33,337 nt of DNA from Octopus bimaculoides (GCF_001194135.2 NC_068985.1:32568810-32602146); one strand, 5' to 3'; shown: positions 1 to 11,078, numbered from the stretch's first letter. A program made the numbers and translations. Notes: generated from the sequence alone by a model not told the origin.

Positions 1-589
1 TTTAATTTTATACTGGCAAAAGAGACAGTAATAAATCCAGTAATGTGCACAACTCTTCTATAATAATATTTTGTTGTATACCCAATTGAATATTAGCTAA
101 TAACCCATTTTCTGTAGCGATGTTTGAACAAAAATTTTAATAATTTTATATTTTGTTGAATTTACCTGTAATTAAAGTCACTTTGTGACAAAAATTTTGG
201 TATAGAATTGGTTGAGAACCTTTTGTTAATTTATCTTCCAAAAATCACATTAATATGTTGATAAATAAAGTTGTTTAATGAAACCAGCCTAAATTTATGA
301 TTATGTTAGAAATTAATTGAAACACATAAGGGGTGTAATTTGGTTAGAAATATGTTAACGAAAGGGTTAAAAAGAGAAAATACTGACTCAAAAGAGAAAT
401 AGTACAAGGTTCTCATTGTAAATTGAAACCTATGTTTTCCTTTTGTAAAAGTGCCTTGTATAAAGGATGCTTTAGACAATTTCATGACAGAAGTCTGAAA
501 ATATTTTCTATGACAGAAATGCAATTATATATTCCTGGTGTTTAAGAATATGTGTGAAAATGAGTAATATTTATTTCCATTAATGAGCA

Positions 590-715
590 CTATTAAGTGG
601 TTGGCATTAAGAAAGGTATCCGGCAATAGAAACCATACAACAATTGAAATCTGGACAGCACTGCTAGCCAGCTCCACGTCAGCATGGAGACTGGATGTTA
701 AATGATGATGACTAC
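590..715 (+). mobile_element. Degenerate RTE-LINE/SINE 3' tail ending in (ATG)n
   Basis: gtggttggcattaagaaaggtatcc...cagcatggagactggatgttaaatgatgatg matches the tail of the better-preserved copies at 29921-30350 and 32855-33103. Confidence 0.65.
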
Positions 716-1218
716 ACATCTATATTCACATATTAACAAGCTTTCATTACTGGATACATTGTTATGTAGATGTATTTATTTAAGAGCACGTTACCAATAC
801 TATATTGACTTCTGAAGGTTTTGCACTATTTTTAATGAAAATGTTCGAATGAAATAGAGATGGAATGAAATCTTGTACGAAGTAAACCTATATTTTAATT
901 AATGCACCGGCCGTTAAATACTTTTAGTAACAAAAACATAATGGTTGGTATTGCTTTTACACATGTTAATTACACCATTTGGACAGAGAGGTCGTATTTA
1001 ACCCACCCACCCCACAAAAAAAAAAAGTAAAAATATGTTAATTATAAATCATTGGTAGTCAAACTACTGACAAAATTTCAATATTGTATTTTTTAAAAAA
1101 ACGAAGTCACTAACAAATATTGATACTCTTCTTGAGCCTGATTAATTTAGAACAATGTAAAAGGCATTTGACAAAGTAAGCTTAATGCCAAAGGGCTAAC
1201 GAAATGGAAATTGTGCTT

Positions 1219-1544
1219 GGACCAACTCGAGCATGTTGGTGATTATCTTCACTTTCAGTTTTCTGCTGGCCACAAATCTCTTAACACCTAATTACAGGAC
1301 ATCAGCTCTCCAAGGTGATTGGACCTATCATTGAGAAACATAAGGTACCAAGTTGCTGTCATCATTTGTCCTGATGTATAGCCCTCATTAAATGTCTAGA
1401 CAAAATAGTTTAAAAAATACTATGCAACCAAATGATACAAACTCAATGTTGGTAAACTATTAGTGCAACCTACATAGACTTGAGTGTCAACTTTTACACT
1501 CGCATAATTTCGTTTCATTGGGATGACTTATCTTTATAGAACTA
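1219..1544. repeat. 326-bp direct duplication, copy A (copy B at 1920-2245)
   Basis: Manual alignment: constant offset of 701 bp, about 8 substitutions (~97-98% identity). Confidence 0.95.
1295..1373 (-). ncRNA. C/D-box snoRNA, SNORD55/U39-like, copy 1 (RPS14 intron)
   Basis: Minus strand reads caggaca-a-ATGATGA (box C, 1365-1359)...tcaccttggagag-CTGA (box D, 1305-1302)-tgtcctg, with a perfect 7-bp terminal stem. The guide pairs with the conserved LSU rRNA UCUCCAAGGUGA. Same strand as RPS14. Family name is from memory of the vertebrate SNORD55 3' end (ACCUUGGAGAGCUGA). Confidence 0.85.
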
Positions 1545-1919
1545 CTAGCAGCTAAACCCAGTTTCACCCGGTCTGTTTGGATGATGTGGTTGTGATTGTT
1601 TTTGGTTAGGCATAACGTATAACAGTGTTTCTCAACCTGATAATTTCGTGTCCCGTTTCGATTGGAGCCTCCAGCTGTATGAAGGTTTCACCCACTCCTG
1701 TCAGAAAATGGCTTCAGGAGTTGTGAAGAAAGAATTTGTAAGTAGTTTGTTTGTGAGAGCTATTCTATTGGACGTATGTCTAATCATTAAAAGATTTATT
1801 TCATTATGAACATAGAAATTATACATTAATCGCAATTTATGTAAGCAGTTTTATCCGTAAAAATTTTATTCTCAGAGAGCAGAAATTGAAAGATATATGA
1901 AATGAACATGCGTGTGTGT
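1545..1919 (-). mobile_element. Helitron-like 3' terminal fragment
   Basis: Plus strand a|ctagcagctaaacccagtttcacccgg reads on minus as a degenerate subterminal hairpin followed by CTAG|T. The fragment ends in a (GT)n tract. A similar terminus occurs at 16901. Confidence 0.55.
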
Positions 1920-2245
1920 GGACCAACTTGAGCATGTTGGTGATTATCTTCACTTTCAGTTTTCTGCTGGCCACAAATCTCTTAACACCTAATTACAGGA
2001 CATCAGCTCTCCAAGGTGATTGGACCTATCATTGAGAAACATAAGGTACCAAGTTGTTGTCATCATTTGTCCTGATGTATGGCCTTCATTAAATGTCTAG
2101 ACAAAATAGTTTTAAAAATACTATGCAACCAAATGATACAAACTCAATGTTGGTAAACCATTAATGCAACCTACATAGACTTGAGTGTCAACTTTTACAC
2201 TCGCATAATTTCGTTTCGTTGGGATGACTTATCTTTATAGAACTA
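1920..2245. repeat. 326-bp direct duplication, copy B
   Basis: Near-identical to 1219-1544. Confidence 0.95.
1996..2074 (-). ncRNA. C/D-box snoRNA, SNORD55/U39-like, copy 2
   Basis: Identical to copy 1 except one substitution; boxes C (2066-2060) and D (2006-2003) and the 7-bp stem are intact. Confidence 0.85.
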
Positions 2246-3341
2246 TTATCATTGCAAGCACACAAATAGAAAAGTCGACAGGGAAATTTAGAATTAAGGC
2301 TCAATGTTTCCATAAACCCTTCTACTACATTCTTTCTGTTGAAATAAACTTTGCTTTAATTCAATGAAGAAAAAAAAAAGTCATTAAGCTGATGTATGGA
2401 ACATTATTAAAAAATGAAATTTTGAAAGATTATAATTTAAATTACATTAAAACAAGTTTTTGTCATAGAATCAGACGCAGTCTCTGGCTGCTAAGTAACA
2501 AGAGTTATCTTCTTTCTATTGAAATTACAAATTAAATCGTGAAAAATTATAGCTAACTCAAAATCAAGAACCCATTTAGATGTGAAATTACACAAAAGCC
2601 AATAAAATATGCCCGAGATGACTGTCCAAATCAAATATAAAATGGTCCAGTTTATTTTGGCTTTTGAGCACTGGCCCCAAATTTTGATTGCTGCAGGTCA
2701 ACCCTGATTAAGAAAATGCGACTACAACTAAAAGGATAGACTGCATATGACCCAACAGACTGACTTGATGTAATTCACGATATATAAAGAAGTAATCACT
2801 CATACCCATTTTATCAAATCCCCCCTGAGAAATTTCTGGATTCAAAAGGTATTAAACAATCACATTTTCAATTCTGTTGCTTACATGAAGAGTGTGGATG
2901 TACCACTACAAATTCTCCACATTTTTACCCATGACGACATCAGCAAGTATTGTGATTCTTCAGGGATTCCCTACTCCGAACACGTTGGAAGCCATAGATT
3001 ACCAACGAGATCTTTTTTCGCTCTCCTTATAAAAATTCACTGTATGACCAGTGTTAATGTTATCAGCCATAAGCTATTTCAAGTTAGACAAGGAAAAAGG
3101 TTTATGGAAGTGGTGATTGATGGCTGACACGGCTTCATTGTATATTTTTGGATGGTTCACAATATAATTGTGCACACGCACAAAAACCAAAAGTATTCGG
3201 ACCATCAAGAAGGTTTGAAAATTTATAGTTTCGAAATATCTTCTGAATACCTAAATATTATTCTGGGATTTAAAATTACGAAGATTCCAAAAATGAGGCC
3301 TCCAAAATGTATTTTCTCGGTATAAACTTGGGAATTCAAAA

Positions 3342-3412
3342 GACATCAGCTCTCCAAAACTACTGGAGCTACTATCTCGAAACACAAGGTATCAAGGTTG
3401 TTGTCATTACAT
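3342..3412 (-). ncRNA. Divergent third copy of the same C/D snoRNA (possibly a pseudogene)
   Basis: Minus strand reads GTAATGA-caacaaccttgataccttgtgtttc...gttttggagag-CTGA-tgtc. Box C has one mismatch, the terminal stem is lost, and the guide core TTGGAGAG is kept. Confidence 0.6.
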
Positions 3413-3467
3413 ATTTATGAGCACTAATATCTTGACGTAAAAAAATATATGCAAAGAAATCACTTAC

Positions 3468-3616
3468 TTGCCTGAAAGGTCAGTAACATGCACAAATGTA
3501 TCATTGAAACTAGCAAAAATGTGGGCTACGCCGAAAACATTCTCTCCTTCCAGCACTTGTGGGCCAAGCGACACTTGCTCTTGCTGCTGTTGCGTCTTTC
3601 CTTTACGTGGAGCCAT
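3468..3616 (-). CDS. RPS14: 40S ribosomal protein S14 (uS11), first coding exon; remaining exons left of window
   Basis: [49 protein letters not shown](K) is the RPS14 N-terminus. Acceptor tttcag|aATG at 3617; donor AA|gtaagt at 3467; 149 coding nt (phase 2). Confidence 0.97.
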
Positions 3617-4316
3617 TCTGAAAGCAGATTTCATTACAATAAGGTGGGTGTTAGGCAACAGAAATAATAAACATTTGCATTGAATAAGGGGTAACCAAAT
3701 TAGAGTATTAGTTTCTCAAAAAATTTCCCGAAATGTGTTTCACATACTGGTGAATATACAGTTCACCAACAGAATTACAAAACATGTGGAACAAAGATTG
3801 ACTTAATCTAACATCGGTTTTGATTAGCACAAAATAGAATATTAATAAACTGGCGGTCAATTCCCTCGGTATATTTCATTAAGACACCCTATAACATTGA
3901 CGAGTTAAATGAATATCAAGTTATATAAAAAAATACGCCTTATCTTCAAAAAGTTAAATTTCAAATCACACGATAAAAAATGCCATCACAACTTAAAATT
4001 TACATAACTATATAATACACTAAAGGTTAAAATAAATCTAAATAACCAAGAACGTGTAGAAATAAAATCAATTTAAAATTAGACCATCATGTGTTTGGAG
4101 CGAAAAGAATACAATCATTTCTAGCAGTGTGATACGCAAAAGTACTTTATTCAGTGAACAATTAATTACTGCGTATGTGAAAAATATAATTTATAATTTA
4201 AATGTATTAAATTAAATAAGATGAAAGCTGATTAAATACAGCAAACAAAAAATACATACCTTATACCAATAGGACTAAGACTCAAAAGGAAGTAGTAGAT
4301 GAGAACGAGAACTTAC

Positions 4317-4345
4317 GAGGTCCTGTAAATCTCGTCAGAGAGTGA
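4317..4345 (-). other. RPS14: Probable non-coding exon 1 of RPS14 (pyrimidine-rich TOP-like start)
   Basis: Minus strand ctcactctctgacgagatttacaggacctc|gtaagt: consensus donor, pyrimidine-rich start, ETS-like CCGGAAG about 15 nt upstream. The exact TSS is inferred. Confidence 0.6.
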
Positions 4346-5248
4346 GATTTTGTCATCTTCCGGTTTGGTGAGAAAAAAAAAAAAGGTGGGTTGGGGATAG
4401 TAGAAGTAAGAGTAAAAGAAGCGAGAGTGAGTTTATCTTTTTTTTCCCCGAAATATACCGAAAAATTTACCGATTGCTACCGAAGTCACTCGATGCATTT
4501 GGAATAGTGTTGTTATTGTGAGTGAGAAAGATACATAGTTCCCCTTTTATTTGCTAAACATTTTACCATCACGCAACGCTTTGCTTCGGGACAAAATTAT
4601 GGCTTATCATCTAGTTTATTCGTGTAATATCATTTCTTCCTTTAACATCCATTGATTATCAGTGTTTCTGTCTAGTAAAATTTGTCTGCTGGTTGAGGAA
4701 GCAAAGATAAACTTAGCTGAAGTAAACCTTCGCTTTGTATTTCAAGAAGTCAGTGTTTCTTTGTATATTCGTGTAGTGCGCTCCCTCTCTTTCTTTCTCT
4801 CTCTTTCTCCCTCTCTCTCTCTCTCTTCCTCTCTGTAATGTATGTTTTGCTAACCACATATTTAAGTATTGCAACTTCATAGGCCTACTGTGTGACCCAT
4901 ATCAAAACCAATTTTTTGTTAAACAAGATTAATGGTTCAAACTACGGGCACCGACTTTAAGAAACTTAGCTAAAACCCTCTACTATCTTAATTTGACATC
5001 TGTTTTTCTCTATAACCAGTTTTATCTTTTTCTATCTCACTCTATTTATAGATACTATTTTTAATCTAAATAATATCGACCTGTGATATACATTAACACA
5101 GTCATCATTCACTCACAGCCTCCTATTAGAGAGGCTGGCTACCTGGTAAGCATTCTCCAGGGGGGGAATATCCGAGAAAGTCATCCTCTACATTCGTAAC
5201 TTGACGTCTATAAACTACAACACCCTCTACTCTCGGGTCCACCAAAGT
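4346..5248. promoter_or_regulatory. Short divergent RPS14/ZSWIM8 intergenic, promoter and 5'UTR region
   Basis: Under 1 kb between RPS14 exon 1 (minus) and the ZSWIM8 ATG (plus); relatively CpG-containing; ETS-like motif at 4357-4363; (CT)n at about 4782-4833. Confidence 0.55.
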
Positions 5249-5441
5249 ATGCACTTTATGTTTGACTGGGAGACGGAAGCCGATCATATCTCATTTGATG
5301 ACAGTGACCGTTTCGAGGAGGATTCTCTGTGCTCGTGGAACAGCGAGCCCGAGAGTCTGTGCAACAACTGGAGAGGATGGAAGAGGCAAAATGGAGGCCA
5401 GGCTTTTCCAGCGCAGCAGCAGCAACAGCAGCGAACCACTG
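5249..5441 (+). CDS. ZSWIM8: ZSWIM8 (Dora/EBAX-1) coding exon 1
   Basis: MHFMFDWETEADHISFDDSDRFEEDSLCSWNSEPESLCNNWRGWKRQ matches the ZSWIM8 N-terminal motif (DSDRFEEDSLCS...ESLC.NWRGW). Donor G|gtaag, phase 1. Confidence 0.93.
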
Positions 5442-6599
5442 GTAAGAAAACAAATAAAATACATTCAGAATTTTCTCCAAGCTTACACTTTATGTTTTTC
5501 TATTTCTTAAATCTATTCATATGTGTATATATATATATATTTATGTTTATTTATATGGTCGATTGAACCTCGCACATCGTATATATATATATCTAATGAC
5601 TAAATTTAGGTATTTGTGTACTCATTGTCAATTGTATGTGTAGCTGTCAGGAGTGCATATATTCTCAATTTTTCATTATCCAAAGATATTCAACGAAATC
5701 AGAATACACGAACTGAAATTTTACCTATAAATAAATATTTAGCTGATTATTTAGATCACTATATTGTTTATTACTTTCATTATATCGGAATACTCTTTAC
5801 AATTTTTAAAAAATTTCTTTTGCATATATGTTTAAGATAAAGAAAAGCAAGCGTATAAACAGTTATGAATTTTGCATAAATGATCTAATGCAGATGTGAC
5901 ATGATCATAGGTGTATATATATATATATATATATATAAAAAAAACTCAAGACGATTGTGTGTGTATATAAGTGTCTATGCATATATTAATACGAATGTAT
6001 ATAAATATATAGGTGTTAGTGTTGTATATGTACACGCACATGTGTATGTTGTATGAACACAAACTATACAACTGAGGATCCGAACCTTTTCCTTTTCATT
6101 CTCCGCCCCCAGGAAACTTTTCAAGGATAAATTTAATCACCTCTCGTTTGTTCAGTAATTTAACAACAGTTATTTCACTTCATTATGGGGATGCACAGAT
6201 ATCTGAAGCAGACAGAATATTAGTCTATGAAGGTCTTGTCACTTTTATGTACGACTGTGGAGACCCTATTGTAGTGGTTGAAAGTAAGGCTCATGTTTTT
6301 GAGCACCACCGATGTCAAGGAGCCTGACACAAATAGTTGCAATTGGTAGGGTGATTTCAAAAACCTGCTTCGTCTATGGAGAAAATTCTTCAGTTAATCC
6401 TTGCACGCATTGCAAGTATTAAATTTGTCACGAAGAATTGTAGAGTATTGAAGATCAGTCTTAACACAAGTCATTACAAATGATTTCTCATTTGCTGATG
6501 AAGGGATGGATTATCTGAAAGGTAATAATATTATCGAAATAATCGTAGAAATTAAAAAAAAAAAAAAAGCAATCAGAAACTGACATATTTCAACGTCAA

Positions 6600-7890
6600 G
6601 TATTGAAATATTGTTACAACTTTCGTTCACCTGCCTCCTGGATTTAGTAAAATCTGCATGATTACTGCTCTGAATCCTACTACTTCACAGAACCAATTTC
6701 ACCAGACTTTGTTTCATGTAGCAATAACGGTACCACTCCTTTCTTGTGTTTGAATATTGAACGGATTTAGATGTAAAAGCTTTCTGTCAAGTAAAGATAA
6801 TATTCCATTAAATTTGTTATCAAATCTGGTTTCCATTCTCAAAGAAAAATCTCCAATTCACTCCATACTTCAAAAACCCCAAGACGAAACAAGGCCTCTC
6901 GAGCAATCGCACCTCAGTGTGGTAGAGAAGGATAGCATGTTTTCATCTCACTTGGTCACAATTTTATAAACTTGATTGATAATTCGTGCTCTAATAAAAT
7001 TCAGACGTTCAGCTATATACTGCAATATAAATTTCTAGTAATCTAGAAGTGTTTTCTTACCAGTACATGTTGAAGGACACACTGGGAAGAAAACAATGTG
7101 TAGTATACTTTCACAAGTTTTGTAAATACAAACCTAGCACCAATCATGGCAAGAACCCCACCTGTGTACAACAAACCCACATTATTCAATGTAAAATTTT
7201 TCTGTTTAAGGAAATTATCTATTTTGTTCAGAATGCCCACTGCATTTGTTGTCTCCGAATTTTCACACATCTAAAACTGTTCTGTCAACTGTCCTCAATG
7301 ACCATAACAATCATGTTGGGTTCAACATCAGTTGATTCTTCCCACTAGCAAATGATTGTTATGGATTTGCTCAAATTTCATCCACTGTTTGATTTACCAG
7401 GCTCTGTGACATCTGACCTACATGAGATCATACCATATTGTTTGATAATGAAATTTTCCAACTTTCTTTTCTACAAATGAGTTCAACCATAGCACATGAT
7501 TACTCAAGTTCTTTCCAAATGTATGTAGTTCCTTTTCTATTGCTATCTTTAGACTGGCATAGTAAGTTACTTCAAATTTGGCTTTGTTTTCAGGCATGAC
7601 TCCCAGATTGGGCAATATTTTATCTGCATGGAATCAGGCAGATTTGGCTATCAAAGCTTTCCAACAGTCATCTATCTGTGTTGACTAAAAGCAAGTTGAG
7701 CTTTCATAATCATAATTGGAAGCTTCAGACATGCAATACTCTGTAGTTAAGAACAAAGAAATATATTGTGATTTCTGAAAAACTTCTGATGAATTCAAAG
7801 TCCACTTATCACTCAAGATAAGATCTCTTCTTTGATAAGATAGATTAATATGTTCACTTTGGCACCCCAGCATGGCTACAGCTCTCAAAT
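6600..7890 (-). mobile_element. Decayed hAT (Charlie/ZBED5-like) transposase remnant
   Basis: Minus-strand pieces TYYASLKIAIEKELHTFG, EESTDV (DESTD-like, ~7325-7341) and ILNKIDNFLKQKNFTLNNVGLLYTGGVLAMIG...SQCVLQH follow hAT core motif order. Many stops and frameshifts; boundaries approximate. Confidence 0.75.
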
Positions 7891-8206
7891 TTATTATAAA
7901 GTCAAAATAGCAAATATAGAATGTGTGATGATTTTCTTAACTTTGCTATAAATCATGAACTCTAAGATTTCTAAATACAATACACCAACATTTTTCTAGT
8001 GCCCAACAATGAAATGAATCAACTATTATTTTGAATGACAAAATATATCGATGCATATGTGAATAGTTTCCAGGACATTTATAAGGAAAATGAGACCCAC
8101 ATTAGACTGCTCACTCGTATCACTATTGTAGTTTAACTACAGTCTATCCATAGCACTTACTTAGCGTTACCTGCCACTCTTCGGGTCTTCTAGATACCAA
8201 TACCTA

Positions 8207-8233
<27 letters not shown>

Positions 8234-8237
<4 letters not shown>

Positions 8238-8878
8238 TCATCATCATCATCGTTTAACGTCCGCTTTCCATGCTAGCATGGGTTGGACGATTTGACTGAG
8301 GACTGGTGAAACCGGATGGCAACACCAGGCTCCAGTCTGATTTGGCAGAGTTTCTACAGCTGGATGCCCTTCCTAACGCCAACCACTCAGAGAGTGTAGC
8401 GGGTGCTTTTATGTGCCACCGGCACGAAGGCCAGTCAGGTGGTACTGGCAACGGCCACGCTCAAAATGGTGTATTTTATGTGCCACCCGCACAAGAGCCA
8501 GTCCAGGGGCACTGGCAACGATCTCACTCGAAAGCCCTTACACATACCACGGGCACAAGTGCCAGAAAGGCAACACTGGGCACAGGTGCCATCACGATTT
8601 CGCTTCGCTTTCGCTTGCCTCAATAAGTCTTCGCAAGCTGAGTTTCATGTCCAATGAAGGAGACGACATTGGCATGGGTGCCAGTTGTCAAATTTAGTTC
8701 GGTTTCGATTTCGATTTCACTTGCCTCAACAGGTCTTCGCAAGCGGAGTTTAGTGTCCAATGAAGGAAAGGTACGCATAAATGGGCTGGCTACACCCCTG
8801 TCAGAGGCCTTGGATTTAGGTCTCACTTGGCTTGCTGGGTCTTCTCACGCACAGCATATTTCCAAAGGTCTCGGTCAG
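8234..8878 (-). mobile_element. 5'-truncated RTE-clade LINE (ORF C-terminus, structured 3'UTR, (ATG)n tail)
   Basis: Minus strand begins DRDLWKYAVREKT (RTE C-terminus), then hairpin repeats and a tail ending ccaacccatgctagcatggaaagcggacgttaaacgatgatgat. Confidence 0.85.
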
Positions 8879-9065
8879 AAATCATCGCCTACACACACAT
8901 ACACAAATTACTCAGTTCCTTCCCTGTTGTCACTCCAAAATATTCAACCATGCATATTGTGTGGCTTTTTACACAAATTCCTTTACATGCAATCTGGTTA
9001 GAAATGGAGTGGTTACAGGAACACTTGTACCAAATGATAAAGTTGTGGAATATGTATATATAAAA

Positions 9066-9389
9066 GGGTAAAGGCCCCCTTCGGTCATGAATGGCCATGG
9101 CATTACACCTAGAAAGTTAGAATCTAAGCCATAAGTCTAAGCAAGGTTTACGGAAGACCAGCAGTTGTCCATGCATACCATCCTCAATTCTCTGATGTTA
9201 TCCAAGAGAAAGGCAAAGGCTGATACAGCTTGGCACCAGTGACGTCGCAACTCATCTCTACAGCTGAGTGAACTGGAGCAACATGAAATAAAGCATCTTG
9301 CTCAAGAGCACAACACATAGCCCAGTCCAGGAATTGGTCTCCCTATCTCATAATTGTGAATCCAACGCCCTAACCACTGAGCTATATGC
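9066..9389 (-). mobile_element. tRNA-derived SINE with CORE-like central domain
   Basis: Minus strand gcatatagctcagtggttagggcg (A box), degenerate B box, then tgtgttgtgctcttgagcaagatgcttt resembling the CORE domain. Confidence 0.7.
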
Positions 9390-10109
9390 TTTTGTGTGTG
9401 TGTGTATATCCCTGTGTTTGTGTATTTATATATATATATTCAAAAGCAGAAAAGACAGACAAATAATAGTAGGGATAATGATTGTATTCACATGGAAAGT
9501 TGCATATATAATTAAATGATGAATCAAGTCCTACCTTTACAACTGATTTAGATAATTAATGCTATAACCACGTGTAATGTTAATGAGGTCCAACGATATT
9601 GTAGGTGCATAGAGAGGTATGAATTTTGAGACTCATGTGGATTAGGTCCTGTTACTCTCATCAGAAAACACTGGCAAATAGCTTAGCAGAGAACAGTGCT
9701 TATAAATATATATATATAAGTGCAATATAGAAAGATAAGAGTAGTATACTCTTATTTTTTTTTTTTTTGTATTGAATTATATTAACACTGTTTTCCTCTA
9801 AGCTATTTACTAGTGTCTTCTGATGATGATAAAATGACTTTACCCCACAGGTCACTCAAAATCCTTGCCTGTCTCTATACCTATAATATTGTTGGATCTC
9901 ATTGCAAAATATTAGATAGTTATGACACCAATCATCAATTATCTGAAACAGCTATTAAGATAAGACTTACATCATTAAATTGTACATGCAACTGTTCATG
10001 TAAATACACTTTTTATGCTTGTTTATCTGTCTTTTCTGCTTCCATACCAACTCAGCGGATGTTGTTATACTGACTGTCTACATCACCACTACCTACTCTT
10101 GTTAAAGGG

Positions 10110-10900
10110 GTTTGTGTTAATGGTTTAGATTTTGGAATTTACTGATGATGTTGTCTTGCTGGCTGAAGATAATAAAAACCTACAGGATCTCACATTAGAA
10201 CTAGAACAGAATGCGGGAAAGATTGGTCTGAGAATCATTGTGGAGATGATCAAAGCAAGGAATATTACAAATGATGACTGTCAAACAACAACAATCATAC
10301 AGATCACTCAGCAAAATATCAAGACAGTAGGCAAATTCCCCTATCTGGGTAGCTTCATCAGTAACAATGGCAATATTGAAACTAACCTTAACCATGGAAT
10401 TGGCAAAGCCATGGCCATACTCCAGAGAATGCATGCTATTTGGTCCTCCAGTACCATCAGCTTACACATAGTTCTACCAACATTTATGCTAGCAAAACAT
10501 GGAAAGCATTGTGAAATTTGACACAAAGTTAGATGTGCTCCACCAAAGATGCTTGAGAAGGATTCTGAGAATGTACTGACAAGACCACATAACCAATGAA
10601 GGCATTCTAAAGAGAGTCAATACAAGTCCACTATGTGAAATCATCACTGAATGAAGATTAAAAACTAGCAGGTCACATACTCTAGTTACCAGAACAACAC
10701 TATTCTAAAACAGCTTTCAAATAGACACCACTGGAGGGGAAAAAGAAAGAGGTTGACAAAAACTACATGGTGCCGAACATTGGAAACCAACATGAAAGAA
10801 GCAAATATCACATGGCTAGTTGCAGAGAAATTTGTAGCTCACTGAAACCAGTGGCATCAACTTGCTGTCTATTATATTTGAGAGCACAGAATGAACTGGT
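10110..10900 (+). mobile_element. Decayed LINE reverse transcriptase C-terminal fragment (RTE/RTEX-like)
   Basis: FTDDVVLLAE (YADD-like), GLRI..., FPYLGSFIS, GIGKA...MHAIWSS; frameshifted downstream. Confidence 0.8.
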
Positions 10901-11078
10901 ATTGGTGTGTGTGTGAGGATTTTTGGCAAGAAGGGCATGCAGGCATAGAATACCTGCCTCAATTAGCTCTGTCCAGCCCATGCAAGTGTGGAAAAAGTGA
11001 ATGTTAAGATGATAGTATAGGAAAGTGGGTTATACATCTTTAGATTGTATACCTGACTTTCTACTATAAAATTAAGAA

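Noticed and set aside
2885-3130. 80-aa ORF and local hairpins (tcagccat/atggctga; cgttgg/ccaacg) suggesting another snoRNA or an RPS14 exon
   Set aside because: No RPS14 similarity in any frame; no convincing C/D pair or two-hairpin H/ACA layout by eye. A snoRNA scan would be needed.
1-3467. Expected RPS14 coding exon 2 (ETI.RVTGGMKVKADRDE...)
   Set aside because: Not found on the minus strand in the window; presumed to lie left of position 1.
6321-6520. Cys/His-containing frame (TCFVYGENSSVNPCTHCKY*ICHEE) resembling a zinc-finger relic
   Set aside because: Multiple stops, too short, and no recognisable family.
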